Assembly (NCBI GenBank): GCA_964016885.1 | Contig: OZ024754.1 | Location: forward strand, 9,796,001 to 9,860,000 | Direction of reading: 5' to 3' | Source of the DNA: Eledone cirrhosa | Taxonomy: Eukaryota | DNA length: 64,000 nucleotides | Position numbers and translations under genes: made by a program | Part shown: in pieces, positions 11,791 to 25,730 of the stretch | Layout of the letters: the number at the start of each line of letters is the position of its first letter | Numbering within the stretch: the first letter of the stretch is position 1 | Notes under the pieces: generated by a model | What the model saw: only the letters and a program-made list of their open reading frames with translations | Databases searched by the model: none | What the model was told of the DNA's origin: nothing

Positions 11791-11850
11791 TTTCATTCTG
11801 AGGATTGAAAGCAAAACCTTTTGCTTTTAAGAAACCACTGGTAAATGGAA
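11791..11850 (+). ncRNA. Type I hammerhead ribozyme, apparently complete
   Basis: Stem I TTTCATT/AATGGAA; CTGAGGA; stem II TTGAAAGCAAA/TTTGCTTTTAA; GAAA; stem III ACC-act-GGT; GUA cleavage triplet at 11841-11843. Confidence 0.7.
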
Positions 11851-11879
11851 TAATTGCCTTATGTTGTTTATTACATAAT

Positions 11880-11937
<58 letters not shown>

Positions 11938-12898
11938 TATATAGATATATAATATATATAAAATATATATATAGATATATAATATATATATATATAATAT
12001 ATATATATATAATATATATAGATATATATATTCTCACTGACCAACCAGGACTCCAGGGGTATACAGAAGGCAGATAAAACAACCAGAACAGTATCAACTT
12101 TTATAATGAGACTACAATAAGATATAAATGTAATGTGTGAAGTTAAAAGTGTTAAAAAGAACAACTACAACTATCATTTGGTGATTTGGTAGATGGAGGT
12201 TAAACATTACAAAATATGAACAATACCCTAACTACAATAGATAAATAAGGAAGAGAAAAACTACAAAAACAAAACAAGACGATATAGAAAACCAAAGAAA
12301 AGCTGCAAAATTTAAAAGAACTACATCAATGGCCCTCATTACCACTGTTTCTTGAAGCAGTACCACAAATGAAATGGAATAGAAATGAAGATATGTTAAA
12401 CTCGTGTTATCTCTATGCAACAGTTGGTGTTTATTAAGAAACATATAGAAATTATTTCAATTTTTCAAAGAAGTTTTACTGAAAAAATATTTAAAATATG
12501 ACTTCATTTCGTTTCTAATATGCATGCCTCCATTTTTTTTCTCTTCCCACCACATACCACTTTTTTTCTCTATTGTATTATAATGTCATAATTTCCACTT
12601 TGTTCACACATACACACACATAAATATATACATACACGTATATTTATGCACATATATATATACATATATATATACATATATATGCACACATATATATGCA
12701 CACATATATATATATACACATATATACATATATATATACACACATATATATACACACATATATACATATATACATATATACATATATATATACACACATA
12801 TATATACACACATATATATATATACATATATACATATATATATACACACATATATATACACACATATATATATATACATATATACATACACATCACAC

Positions 12899-12953
<55 letters not shown>

Positions 12954-13034
12954 CATACACACACATATATATATATACATATACACATATATATATACAT
13001 ATATATATACACACATATATATACATATATATAT

Positions 13035-13420
13035 GGTGGCTGCCAACTCGTTTTCGAGTACGGCCACTACTTTATATCCATGTGGAAAAAATTCTACCGA
13101 TGCGCTGAACGAATGTGACTTTTTAGTCCAGCCAGCGACTGGAAAACTCTGGTACAAAGACTACACTTGTGACAATTATTGACACATAGTGCTGGGCCCA
13201 TGGTACCATGTGATGACAAGTGCAGAGAGATCTCCAGATATAAAGTAATGCCTGTGCCGTGAAGCTTTTATAGTGAGCAAAGGCACTGCACAAAGCCAGT
13301 CCCACTCTCTTAACCAAGATGATATTTACCAAAAAGAAGAACAAGTCAACATCATTGGATACCATCAGGGTTGCAGGTGTTATATCAGAGCTTTCCTTCT
13401 CCTAGAATTCTGCCTTGACA
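13035..13420 (-). mobile_element. Non-autonomous bipartite RTE-derived retroposon, copy 1 (5'-truncated)
   Basis: Three copies share one end. Minus strand has an RTE 5'-region-like motif (CTAGGAGAAGGAAA), a C2H2 remnant [22 protein letters not shown], a terminal hairpin and an (AT)n tail. Confidence 0.75.
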
Positions 13421-13507
13421 TACATACATATATATATCTATATACATACATATATACATACATATATATATATATATACATACATATATACATACATATA
13501 TATATAT

Positions 13508-13574
<67 letters not shown>

Positions 13575-13979
13575 CATATATATATATATATACATACATA
13601 TATATATATATATATACATACATACATATATATATACATACATATATATATATATATACATACATATATATATATATACATACATATATATATATATATA
13701 CATACATATATATATATATATACATATATACACATATATATATACATACATACATATATATATATATATACATACATACATATATATATATACATACATA
13801 CATATATATATATACATACATAGATATATATATACATACATATATATATATACATACATATATACATACATACATATATACATACATATATATACATATA
13901 TATATACATACATATATATACATATATACCCTTGCAAGCAGGGAAAAGCGGACGTAAAATGATGATGATGATGATGATG

Positions 13980-14010
<31 letters not shown>

Positions 14011-14095
14011 CATACATATATACATACATATATATATACATACATATATACATACATATATACATACATATATAGATACATATATAGATACATAC

Positions 14096-14128
<33 letters not shown>

Positions 14129-14200
14129 CATATATATATATACATATATATATATACATACATACATACATATACATACATACATACATACATACATACA

Positions 14201-14234
<34 letters not shown>

Positions 14235-14531
14235 CATATATACATATATATATACATACATACATATATATATACATATATGCATACATATATACATATA
14301 TGCATACATATATACATATATATATACATACATACATATATACATATATATATACATATATATATACATACATATATATATACATACATACATACATACA
14401 TATATACATACATATATACATATATATATACATACATATATATATACATACATACATATATACATATATACATACATATATACATACATATATACATACA
14501 TATATACATATATATATACATACATATATAT

Positions 14532-14578
<47 letters not shown>

Positions 14579-14807
14579 CATACATAAATACATATATATA
14601 TACATACATATATATATATACATACATAAATACATATATATATACATACATACATAAATATATATATACATACATAAATATATATATACATACATAAATA
14701 CATATATATATATATACATATACATATATATCTACACAGACATATATGCATATGTATATATACATACATATATACATTGATATATACATACATATATATA
14801 TATACAC

Positions 14808-14876
<69 letters not shown>

Positions 14877-14992
14877 TACATATATATACATATATAAATA
14901 TACACCCATATATACATATACACACACATATAGATATACACACAGAAACATACACACACAGAAACATTCACACACACACACATAAATATATA
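13420..14992. repeat. (TA)/(TACA) compound microsatellite with an embedded SINE A tail (13928-13980)
   Basis: Read directly from the sequence. Confidence 0.95.
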
Positions 14993-15210
14993 AACTAGAG
15001 CAACTAACATGTAGCATATAATCATGCTGGCTGCCTCAATATGTATCTGAACAAAGAGAATCTAATTAGTTTCATTGTAATTAATTAATGCTGAACTCTA
15101 CAGATGTTTTCACTGTTATGTACATGTCATAGGATTGATTTTTATTATTATTCAGTGTCAGCACTAAACAACAACAATAACAACAACAACGATTTTTTAA
15201 AATGATTTTT

Positions 15211-17857
15211 TTTTAAATTGGCTACATGGACTGAAAAGATAAGGGACCGTAGTTTTAAATTGGCTACATGGACCCAAGAGATAAGGGATCATAGTTTTAA
15301 ATTGGCTACATGGACTGAAAAGATAAGGGACCGTAGTTTTAAATTGGCTACATGGACTGAAAAGATAAGGGACCGTAGTTTTAAATTGGCTACATGGACT
15401 GAAAAGATAAGGGACCGTAGTTTTAAATTGGCTACATGGACTGAAAAGATAAGGGACCGTAGTTTTAAATTGGCTACATGGACTGAAAAGATAAGGGACC
15501 GTAGTTTTAAATTGGCTACATGGACTGAAAAGATAAGGGACCGTAGTTTTAAATTGGCTACATGGACTGAAAAGATAAGGGACCGTAGTTTTAAATTGGC
15601 TACATGGACTGAAAAGATAAGGGACCGTAGTTTTAAATTGGCTACATGGACTGAAAAGATAAGGGACCGTAGTTTTAAATTGGCTACATGGACTGAAAAG
15701 ATAAGGGACCGTAGTTTTAAATTGGCTACATGGACTGAAAAGATAAGGGACCGTAGTTTTAAATTGGCTACATGGACTGAAAAGATAAGGGACCGTAGTT
15801 TTAAATTGGCTACATGGACTGAAAAGATAAGGGACCGTAGTTTTAAATTGGCTACATGGACTGAAAAGATAAGGGACCGTAGTTTTAAATTGGCTACATG
15901 GACCCAAGAGATAAGGGATCATAGTTTTAAATTGGCTACATGGACTGAAAAGATAAGGGACCGTAGTTTTAAATTGGCTACATGGACTGAAAAGATAAGG
16001 GACCGTAGTTTTAAATTGGCTACATGGACCCAAGAGATAAGGGATCATAGTTTTAAATTGGCTACATGGACTGAAAAGATAAGGGACAGTAGTTTTAAAT
16101 TGGCTACATGGACTGAAAAGATAAGGGACCGTAGTTTTAAATTGGCTACATGGACTGAAAAGATAAGGGACCGTAGTTTTAAATTGGCTACATGGACTGA
16201 AAAGATAAGGGACCGTAGTTTTAAATTGGCTACATGGACTGAAAAGATAAGGGACCGTAGTTTTAAATTGGCTACATGGACTGAAAAGATAAGGGACCGT
16301 AGTTTTAAATTGGCTACATGGACCCAAGAGATAAGGGATCATAGTTTTAAATTGGCTACATGGACTGAAAAGATAAGGGACCGTAGTTTTAAATTGGCTA
16401 CATGGACCCAAGAGATAAGGGATCATAGTTTTAAATTGGCTACATGGACTGAAAAGATAAGGGACAGTAGTTTTAAATTGGCTACATGGACTGAAAAGAT
16501 AAGGGACCGTAGTTTTAAATTGGCTACATGGACTGAAAAGATAAGGGACCGTAGTTTTAAATTGGCTACATGGACTGAAAAGATAAGGGACCATAGTTTT
16601 AAATTGGCTACATGGACTGAAAAGATAAGGGACCGTAGTTTTAAATTGGCTACATGGACTGAAAAGATAAGGGACCGTAGTTTTAAATTGGCTACATGGA
16701 CTGAAAAGATAAGGGACCGTAGTTTTAAATTGGCTACATGGACCCAAGAGATAAGGGATCATAGTTTTAAATTGGCTACATGGACCCAAGAGATAAGGGA
16801 TCATAGTTTTAAATTGGCTACATGGACTGAAAAGATAAGGGACCGTAGTTTTAAATTGGCTACATGGACTGAAAAGATAAGGGACCGTAGTTTTAAATTG
16901 GCTACATGGACTGAAAAGATAAGGGACCGTAGTTTTAAATTGGCTACATGGACTGAAAAGATAAGGGACCGTAGTTTTAAATTGGCTACATGGACCCAAG
17001 AGATAAGGGATCATAGTTTTAAATTGGCTACATGGACCCAAGAGATAAGGGATCATAGTTTTAAATTGGCTACATGGACTGAAAAGATAAGGGACCGTAG
17101 TTTTAAATTGGCTACATGGACTGAAAAGATAAGGGACCGTAGTTTTAAATTGGCTACATGGACTGAAAAGATAAGGGACCGTAGTTTTAAATTGGCTACA
17201 TGGACTGAAAAGATAAGGGACCGTAGTTTTAAATTGGCTACATGGACTGAAAAGATAAGGGACCGTAGTTTTAAATTGGCTACATGGACTGAAAAGATAA
17301 GGGACCGTAGTTTTAAATTGGCTACATGGACTGAAAAGATAAGGGACCGTAGTTTTAAATTGGCTACATGGACTGAAAAGATAAGGGACCGTAGTTTTAA
17401 ATTGGCTACATGGACCCAAGAGATAAGGGATCATAGTTTTAAATTGGCTACATGGACTGAAAAGATAAGGGACCGTAGTTTTAAATTGGCTACATGGACT
17501 GAAAAGATAAGGGACCGTAGTTTTAAATTGGCTACATGGACTGAAAAGATAAGGGACCGTAGTTTTAAATTGGCTACATGGACTGAAAAGATAAGGGACC
17601 GTAGTTTTAAATTGGCTACATGGACCTGAAAGATAAGGGCCCGTAACTTTAAATTGGCTACATGGACCCGAGAGATAAGGGATCATAGCTTTGAATTGGC
17701 TACATGAACCTGAGAGATAGGGGATCATAGTTTTAAATTGGCTACATGAACCCAAAAGATAAGGGATCATAGCTTTGAAGTGGCTACATGGATCTAAGAA
17801 ATAGGGGACCAGAGCTTTAAATTTGTTACATGGACACAAGATATAGGGGACCAGAGC
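15211..17857. repeat. 42-bp minisatellite (TTTTAAATTGGCTACATGGACTGAAAAGATAAGGGACCGTAG), ~63 copies, two major variants, diverged units at the right end
   Basis: Period 42 with no indels seen; open frames on both strands. Confidence 0.97.
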
Positions 17858-18043
17858 TATGATAGAAAAGATAATCTACTTCCTAATTACATCTCCAATA
17901 AAGTTTTAATTTTTTAATTTAATACCTGTATGTATAACTTTTCAATTCCAATTACTTGCATCAAGCTAACTTTGATATGTAAAATTTGGCGGGATTTGCT
18001 GTGTATCCTAATTGAAGTGCCCTGGGCTCCCCAAGGTCTAAAT

Positions 18044-19293
18044 CAGGGGTGTGCAACATATTCCATTGGCGGGCCACTTTTGAACATTGGAACAACTATT
18101 AGGACCATTAATATTTATTAAGCACTATTCCAAAGATACACCACAACTTCTTTCAATAACATGGAACTGGGAAATTATAACACACATAACCCTATCAGTG
18201 AAGCCCTTTAGTAGAGGTCAACTGGGAAATTATAACACACATAACCCTATCAGTGAAGTCCTTTAGTAGAGGTCAACTGGGAGATTATAACACACATAAC
18301 CCTATCAGTGAAGCCCTTTAGTAGAGGTCAACTGGGAAATTATAACACACATAACCCTATCAGTGAAGCCCTTTAGTAGAGGTCAACTGGGAAATTATAA
18401 CACACATAACCCTATCAGTGAAGCCCTTTAGTAGAGGTCAACTGGGAGATTATAACACACATAACCCTATCAGTGAAGCCCTTTAGTAGAGGTCAACTGG
18501 GAAATTATAACACACATAACCCTATCAGTGAAGCCCTTTAGTAGAGGTCAACTGGGAAATTATAACACATATAACCCTATCAGTGAAGTCCTTTAGTAGA
18601 GGTCAACTGGGAAATTATAACACACATAACCCTATCAGTGAAGCCCTTTAGTATAAGTCAACTGGGAGATTATAACACACATAACCCTATCAGTGAAGCC
18701 CTTTAGTAGAGGTCAACTGGGAAATTATAACACACATAACCCTATCAGTGAAGCCCTTTAGTATAGGTCAACTGGGAGATTATAACACACATAACCCTAT
18801 CAGTGAAGCCCTTTAGTAGAGGTCAACTGGGAAATTATAACACACATAACCCTATCAGTGAAGCCCTTTAGTATAAGTCAACTGGGAAATTATAACACAC
18901 ATAACCCTATCAGTGAAGCCCTTTAGTATAGGTCACCTGGGAAATTATAACACACATAACCCTATCAGTGAAGTCCTTTAGTATAGGTCAACTGGGAAAT
19001 TATAACACATAACCCTATCAGTGAAGCCCTTTAGTAGAGGTCAACTGGGAAATTATAACACATAACCCTATCAGTGAAGCCCTTTAGTAGAGGTCAACTG
19101 GGAGATTATAACACACATAACCCTATCAGTGAAGTCCTTTAGTATAGGTCAACTAACAGAAAATTGTATTACGGTTACGAAAAAAATTGTAAATAAGCCT
19201 ACAAGGTAAAAATTAAAAACAGTCATTGCGGGTCACTCTGACTGGTCAGATGGGCCTGATTGTGGCCCGCAGACCGCCTGTTGCACGCCCCTG
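18044..19293. mobile_element. Non-autonomous hAT (Charlie-like) DNA transposon
   Basis: TIRs CAGGGGTGTGCAAC / GTTGCACGCCCCTG; perfect 8-bp TSD GTCTAAAT at 18036-18043 and 19294-19301. Confidence 0.9.
18165..19154. repeat. 55-bp minisatellite, ~18 copies, inside the hAT element
   Basis: Unit AACTGGGAAATTATAACACACATAACCCTATCAGTGAAGCCCTTTAGTAGAGGTC. Confidence 0.95.
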
Positions 19294-19415
19294 GTCTAAA
19301 TCCAGCCCTGCACAGAGTAAATAGTAAGGTACTAGTTAGTAAGCAATTAGTTCTAAGCTGTACATATAGTAGTTAGAATTAAAGTGTTAGTTCTAAGCTA
19401 CCCACATACAGTAGA

Positions 19416-19655
19416 TAGTAAGCTCTATAGAAGATACTAGTAAGTTTATAAGCTCTAAGCTATACACATAGAGTAGTTAGTAAGCTCTATAGAAGATACT
19501 TGTAAGTTTATAAGCTCTAAGCTATACACATAGAGTAGTTAGTAAGCTCTATAGAAGATACTTGTAAGTTTATAAGCTCTAAGCTATACACATAGAGTAG
19601 TTAGTAAGCTCTATAGAAGATACTTGTAAGTTTCTAAGTTCTAAGCCATACACAG
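19416..19655. repeat. 62-bp tandem repeat, ~4 copies
   Basis: AGTAAGCTCTATAGAAGATACTTGTAAGTTTATAAGCTCTAAGCTATACACATAGAGTAGTT repeated. Confidence 0.9.
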
Positions 19656-21039
19656 TAGAAAGTATTCAAATATTAAAGAATCTACATTAACAAACTAGGA
19701 GTCCATTCATACTAAGAAGTCCACTAAAATAAATTAGTTTATGATGCCAAACAAGTAGATTCCAGTATGAAAGAACAGACCAAAATGTAATATTTCTGAT
19801 ATTAATATATTCTTTATTGTTCATGCCTATATAGTATTAATAAATCTAGTTTTCTTGAGACCAAAACCAGATGTGACCACTCCATAAACCTTATATAATA
19901 AATGAAGGAAAACACATGAATATATATATTTATATAACATTAGTTTAAGTTGTTTGATACCCTTATTTTAAGTTACTATTCTTTGCAACTAATGGAAATA
20001 TCTCAGGATTTCCAGAAAAGAATTTTACTTGTTCAGCTGGTTAATCACACTATACAGAAAAATTCTACTTAGCAAAAGAATTCTGGTAGGTTTTGTGTTC
20101 AAACAGCAATAGCTAGATATCTATAAGAATTTTCTGGTTTTGCTTGCAGGCTCATTGATGAATAAACATACCAAAACAATGAGCTCATAGTTACGTCATG
20201 AGGGTGCAATGAAGAGCAACAGACGTTTGTGTGTATGTGGGGGGTATGTACAGTGTATATGCATGCAGGGGGAGGAGTATGGCATTCAATTACAACTTGT
20301 TAAAAGACAACAATGCAGCCTTTATCAATACAGCAGAGAACATTCCTACCCAACACTAATAAACCCAGTCAAAGACATTTCTGCCACAGAAGTGTGGTTA
20401 TGGTATAACACAGACTGTTCTATCAAATAAGGTTTGGTGAGAGAGGATATAGGGAGCTAGGTGAGAGAGGGTATTGAAAATAGAGTTTGATCTTTATAGA
20501 TGCTGTCATCTAATATATATGTGCAATTGCTGAAATGAATCTACTGGCACAAGAACTGTTGAGAAATAAATGCTGCCTGCCTTAAATTTGTCACAGTCTA
20601 ATGCAATTATTTTCCACATGAAAATACCTCAAGCTTTACCAAGTGTGACATTCATGAGCGTCTATATACTGTATTTTTGCAACTGCACAGTTGCATAAGT
20701 TGAACTAAAATATGACACACTGCATGTTATCTATAGATTCCTCTTCTAAATCTAAAAACAATATAGCAACAGGGAATTGGCCAGTGGTGGGAATTAGGCA
20801 ATATAGAAATCTAATTAGAGTTATTGTCTTGCCAGTCTCTAATCTTCTAGTTAGGACATACTGAACAAGTTGTTTTCCGGCAACTTCAGCCTTCCTTCTC
20901 AGCATGTCCGATATTGACTTTTTCAGCTTCATTATTATAGCTAATGAAGAATGAAGGTTCCTACGATTAAGTAAAAGATGTCTTTCTGCACAACTGGAAG
21001 CAGTACTAATGTGGTGCAAAAGAAAATAATATCATGTTG

Positions 21040-21594
21040 GAGAGAGGAGAAAGGAGAGAGAGAAAGGAGGTGAGAGAGGAAGGAGGCGAGAGAGGAGAGA
21101 GGAAGGAGGCGAGACAGGAGAGAGGAAGGAGGCGAGACAGGAGAGGGGAAGGAGGCGAGGAAAGAAGAGGAGAGAGGAAGGAGGCGAGAGAGGAGAGAGG
21201 AAAGAAGGTGAGAGAGGAGAGAGGAAAGAAGGTGAGAGAGGAGAGAGGAAGGAGGCGAGAGAAGAGAGAAAAGAGGCGAGAGAGAGAGGAAAGAAGGTGA
21301 GAGAGGAAAGAAGGTGAGAGAGGAGAAAGAGGAAAGGTGAGAGAGGAGAAAGAGGAAAGAAGGTGAGAGAGGAGAAAGAGGAAAGAAGGTGAGAGAGGAG
21401 AAAGAGGAAAGAAGGTGAGAGAGGAGAAAGAGGAAAGAAGGTGAGAGAGGAGAAAGAGGAAAGAAGGTGAGAGAGGAGAAAGTGGAAAGAAGGTGAGAGA
21501 GGAGAAATGAAAGAAGGTGAGAGAGGAGAGAGAAGAGAGAAAAGAGGCGAGAGAAGAGAGAGAAAAGAAGCGAGAGAAGAGAGAGGAGAGAAGG
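21040..21594. repeat. Polypurine (GA-rich) tandem repeat
   Basis: Repeated GAGAGAGGAGAAAGAGGAAAGAAGGT-type units. Confidence 0.9.
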
Positions 21595-22195
21595 CAATGC
21601 CTGATGAACCAATTGAGTGAGAGGCTAAAAAAAATTGTATGACAAATTAATGACTAGATTGAGAGGAAAAGACTAAAAGACCGATTAAAAAGTATATTGA
21701 AGAGAAGAAATATGAACAGAGAGAAAATGATGATGATGTGTTCATTCTCGTGACACTACGACAATTTACAAAGTGATGAATATTTTCTGCATAGCAATTC
21801 TATGTAATGCAACTCTATGAGGTTCCCATGACAACCGTTTGCATTCTATTACACAGTTCTAATCCAAGTGAAACTTTTTTGAGGAAATAATTGAACATTT
21901 TCACTATTATAATCAGAAAATCTATTAAATATACAGGATTTTTGCTTAGCATACTCTCTAGCAATTACAGTTATTAAAGAAAGACAAAAGGTAAAAAAGA
22001 GAAATTATGAAGTAATTTGAGTCATAATAGATTCTTTAGAAAACAATATGAAGACTACATTGAAGAATGTTTGTAAGTATATATAATGTATAGAAGATTA
22101 CAATTAAATTATAGCCAATCTAAAGGCAGCATTATCGCACAATATACACCTATACACAACCATGTATACACATATATATATATACATACACACAC

Positions 22196-22242
<47 letters not shown>

Positions 22243-22289
22243 TATATGTACACATACATGCACGCACACACACATATATATATATACAT

Positions 22290-22342
<53 letters not shown>

Positions 22343-22599
22343 AAAAATATATATACATACACATACATATAAATATACACATACATACACACACATATAT
22401 ATATAAATATACACATACATACACACACATATATATACACATACACACACACATGTATACACATATATATATATATACACATACAGACACACACACATAT
22501 ATATACATAAATATATATATACATATATATGTGTGTGTATATATATATATATATATGTGTGTGTGTATGTATGTGTATATATATATGTATATAAAAAAG

Positions 22600-23350
22600 A
22601 TATCAGATGGTGAATTTGCCGACGACATAGTTTTGGTGACAAATACAGTGAAGGAGGCAGAATATTTGATGCAGGAGGTGGAGACTGTGTCGATGAGTGT
22701 GGGGCTGAGAATGAATGAGACTAAAACAAAATATCTGGTAGAAAATGTTGAGAAGCCAGAGGGGATCACTAATGTAGGCAGGAAGCCGCTGGAATTGGTT
22801 GAGGACTTCCTGTATTTGGGAGCAAAGATTGAGAATATGGAAGATGATGTGGTTGAGAGGAAGAACAAAGCCTGGGCGGCGTGTCACAGCTTGAGATCGG
22901 TGTGGAAGTCGGACCTTCCTAAAGACCTGAAAATCCGCCTCTTCATTGCTGTAGTGGAGTCTGTGCTGCTGTATGGGACTGAGACTTGGACACTGACCAA
23001 GAAACTCACTCAGATGGTGGATGGGTGCAACACGAGAATGCTGAGGATGGCTCTGAACATGAAAAACTCAGAGCTGTATGGGAGCCTCCCAAAAGTCAGC
23101 TCAAAAGTGACAGAGGAGATTGGGGTTAGCTGGACATGCTCACCGGCATCCAGAGTTGACATTGCACTCAGTGCTCCTGTGGGAGCCCCTACATGGACAC
23201 ACTGGAAGAGGAAGACCAAGGTTAACGTATGTTGATGCCCTAAGGACAGACACTGGTCTGTTGGAGACGCAGGACATGGCAGCGATAATGAGAGACAGAG
23301 ACCGCTGGAGAGAACTCGTCCATGGATCTCGGGAATTTTACCCGCCCTAG
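22600..23350 (+). mobile_element. RTE-clade LINE, 5'-truncated: RT C-terminal part with one frameshift
   Basis: FADDIVL...GLRMNETKTKYL...VEDFLYLG...LLYGTETWTL, then LAGHAHR...[10 protein letters not shown]...RDRDRW; flanked by TA microsatellites. Confidence 0.92.
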
Positions 23351-23610
23351 ATATATATACATACATACACACACACATATACATGTGTGTGTATGTGTAT
23401 ATATATATACATATATATATATATAAATACACATACATACACACATACACATAAATATACACATACACATATGTATATACATATATATACATACATACAC
23501 ACACACACATATATATATAAATATATATACATATACACACATATATATATAAATATATATACATATACATATACACGCACATATATATATATACATATAT
23601 ACACATACAT

Positions 23611-23657
<47 letters not shown>

Positions 23658-23964
23658 GTTACACACACACACACACGATATATATATATATATACATACA
23701 GTTATACACACATGTGTATACATACATACACACTATGCTAGATCTAGTGAACAGACAATTAATAGCTGACATGATAAAAAGCCACCCAAAGTTCATACAT
23801 CATAACTTTGTATCAGCTTCAATAGAAGAGATAAGATATAGATTTAGAAGAGATGAACTGGTGTGTTTGTATGTATATATAAGTATACACACACACACAC
23901 ATATATACATACATATACACATACATATATATAGTAATAATAATTACGAAGAACAAAATCCGAA

Positions 23965-24317
23965 GATATATATATATATATGTATATATATACATATATA
24001 CATACATATATATACATATGTATATATATACATATATACATATATATACATACATATATATACATATGTATATATATACATATATACATATATATATATA
24101 CATACATATATATATACATATGTATATATATACATATATACATATATATACATACATATATATATATACATACATACATATATATATATACATACATATA
24201 TATACATATGTATATATATACATATATATATATATATATACATATGTATATATATACATATATACATATATATATATACATATATATACATACATATATA
24301 TACATATATATATATAC

Positions 24318-24354
<37 letters not shown>

Positions 24355-24699
24355 CATATATATACATACATATATATACATATATATACATATATATATA
24401 TACATATATATACATATATATATATACATATATATACATATATATACATATATATATATACATATATATACATATATATATACATATATATATATATACA
24501 TATATATACATATATACATATATACATATATATATATATACATATATATACATATATATACATATATATACATATATATACATATATATATATATACATA
24601 TATATACATATATATACATATATATACATATATATACATATATATATATATACATATATATACATATATATATATATACATATATATACATATATATAC

Positions 24700-24730
<31 letters not shown>

Positions 24731-24931
24731 CATATATATACATATATATATATATATACATATATACATATATATATATATATACATATATACATATATA
24801 TATACATATATACATATATATATACATATATACATATATATATATATACATATATATACATATATATACATATATATATATATACATATATATACATATA
24901 TATACATATATATATATATACATATATATAC

Positions 24932-25016
<85 letters not shown>

Positions 25017-25035
25017 CATATATACATATATATAC

Positions 25036-25066
<31 letters not shown>

Positions 25067-25203
25067 CATATATATACATATATATATACATACATATATA
25101 TACATATATATATATATATACATATACACACACATATATATATATATACACACACATATATATATATATATACATACATACATACACACAAATATATATA
25201 CAT

Positions 25204-25236
<33 letters not shown>

Positions 25237-25318
25237 CATATACATACATACACACACATATATATATATATATACGTATACATAGATACAAACATACATA
25301 TATATATATAGATACATA
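23965..25318. repeat. ~1.35-kb (TA)n/(TACA) microsatellite
   Basis: Read directly; the Y/I/H ORFs are artefacts. Confidence 0.95.
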
Positions 25319-25319
25319 T

Positions 25320-25730
25320 GGTGGCTGCCAACTCGTTTTCGAGTACGGCCACTACTTTATATCCATGTAGGAGAACTCCTACTGATGCGCTAAACAAGTG
25401 TGACTTTTTAGTCCAGCCAGCGACTTGAAAACTCTGGTACAAACACTACACCTGTGACAATTATTGACACATAGTGCTGGGCCCATGGTACCATGTGACG
25501 ACAAGTGCAGAGAGATCTCCAGATATAAAGCAATGCCTGTGCTGTGAAGCTTTTATAGTGAGGAAAGGCACTGCACAAAGCCAGTCCCACTCTCTTAACC
25601 AAGATGATATTTACCAAAAAGAAGAACAAGTCAACATCATTGGATACCATCAGGGTTGCAGGTGTTATATCAGAGTTTTCCTTCTCCTAGAATTCTGCCT
25701 TGACAAAGGCTAAGGGGTCATCTCTCCCGG
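25320..25730 (-). mobile_element. Bipartite RTE-derived retroposon, copy 2
   Basis: Near-identical to 13035-13420 with the same 3' end. Confidence 0.75.

Noticed and set aside
13033-13182. Plus-strand 49-aa ORF MVAANSF...CDNY
   Set aside because: Interrupted by a stop in the other two copies; the informative frame is the antisense zinc-finger remnant
12570-15025. Long Y/I/H/M/C/V-rich ORFs (also at 22-26 kb, 41-43 kb, 57-59 kb and elsewhere)
   Set aside because: Translations of TA/CA microsatellites, which lack stop codons by composition
15218-17629. Plus-strand 803-aa repeat ORF (FKLATWTEKIRDRS)n as a gene
   Set aside because: No ATG, broken by a stop in the first diverged unit, antisense to the host gene
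18188-19135. CCCTATCAGTGA in each 55-bp unit matches 12 nt of the tet operator
   Set aside because: The second half of the tetO palindrome is absent and the unit lies inside a natural hAT element; coincidence, not vector sequence
15211-19154. CRISPR-like appearance of the regular arrays
   Set aside because: Head-to-tail tandem units with no unique spacers, no cas genes, eukaryotic context
20705-21019. 104-aa non-repetitive minus-strand ORF
   Set aside because: No recognisable homology or matching splice sites; not needed between the two in-frame CNH exons
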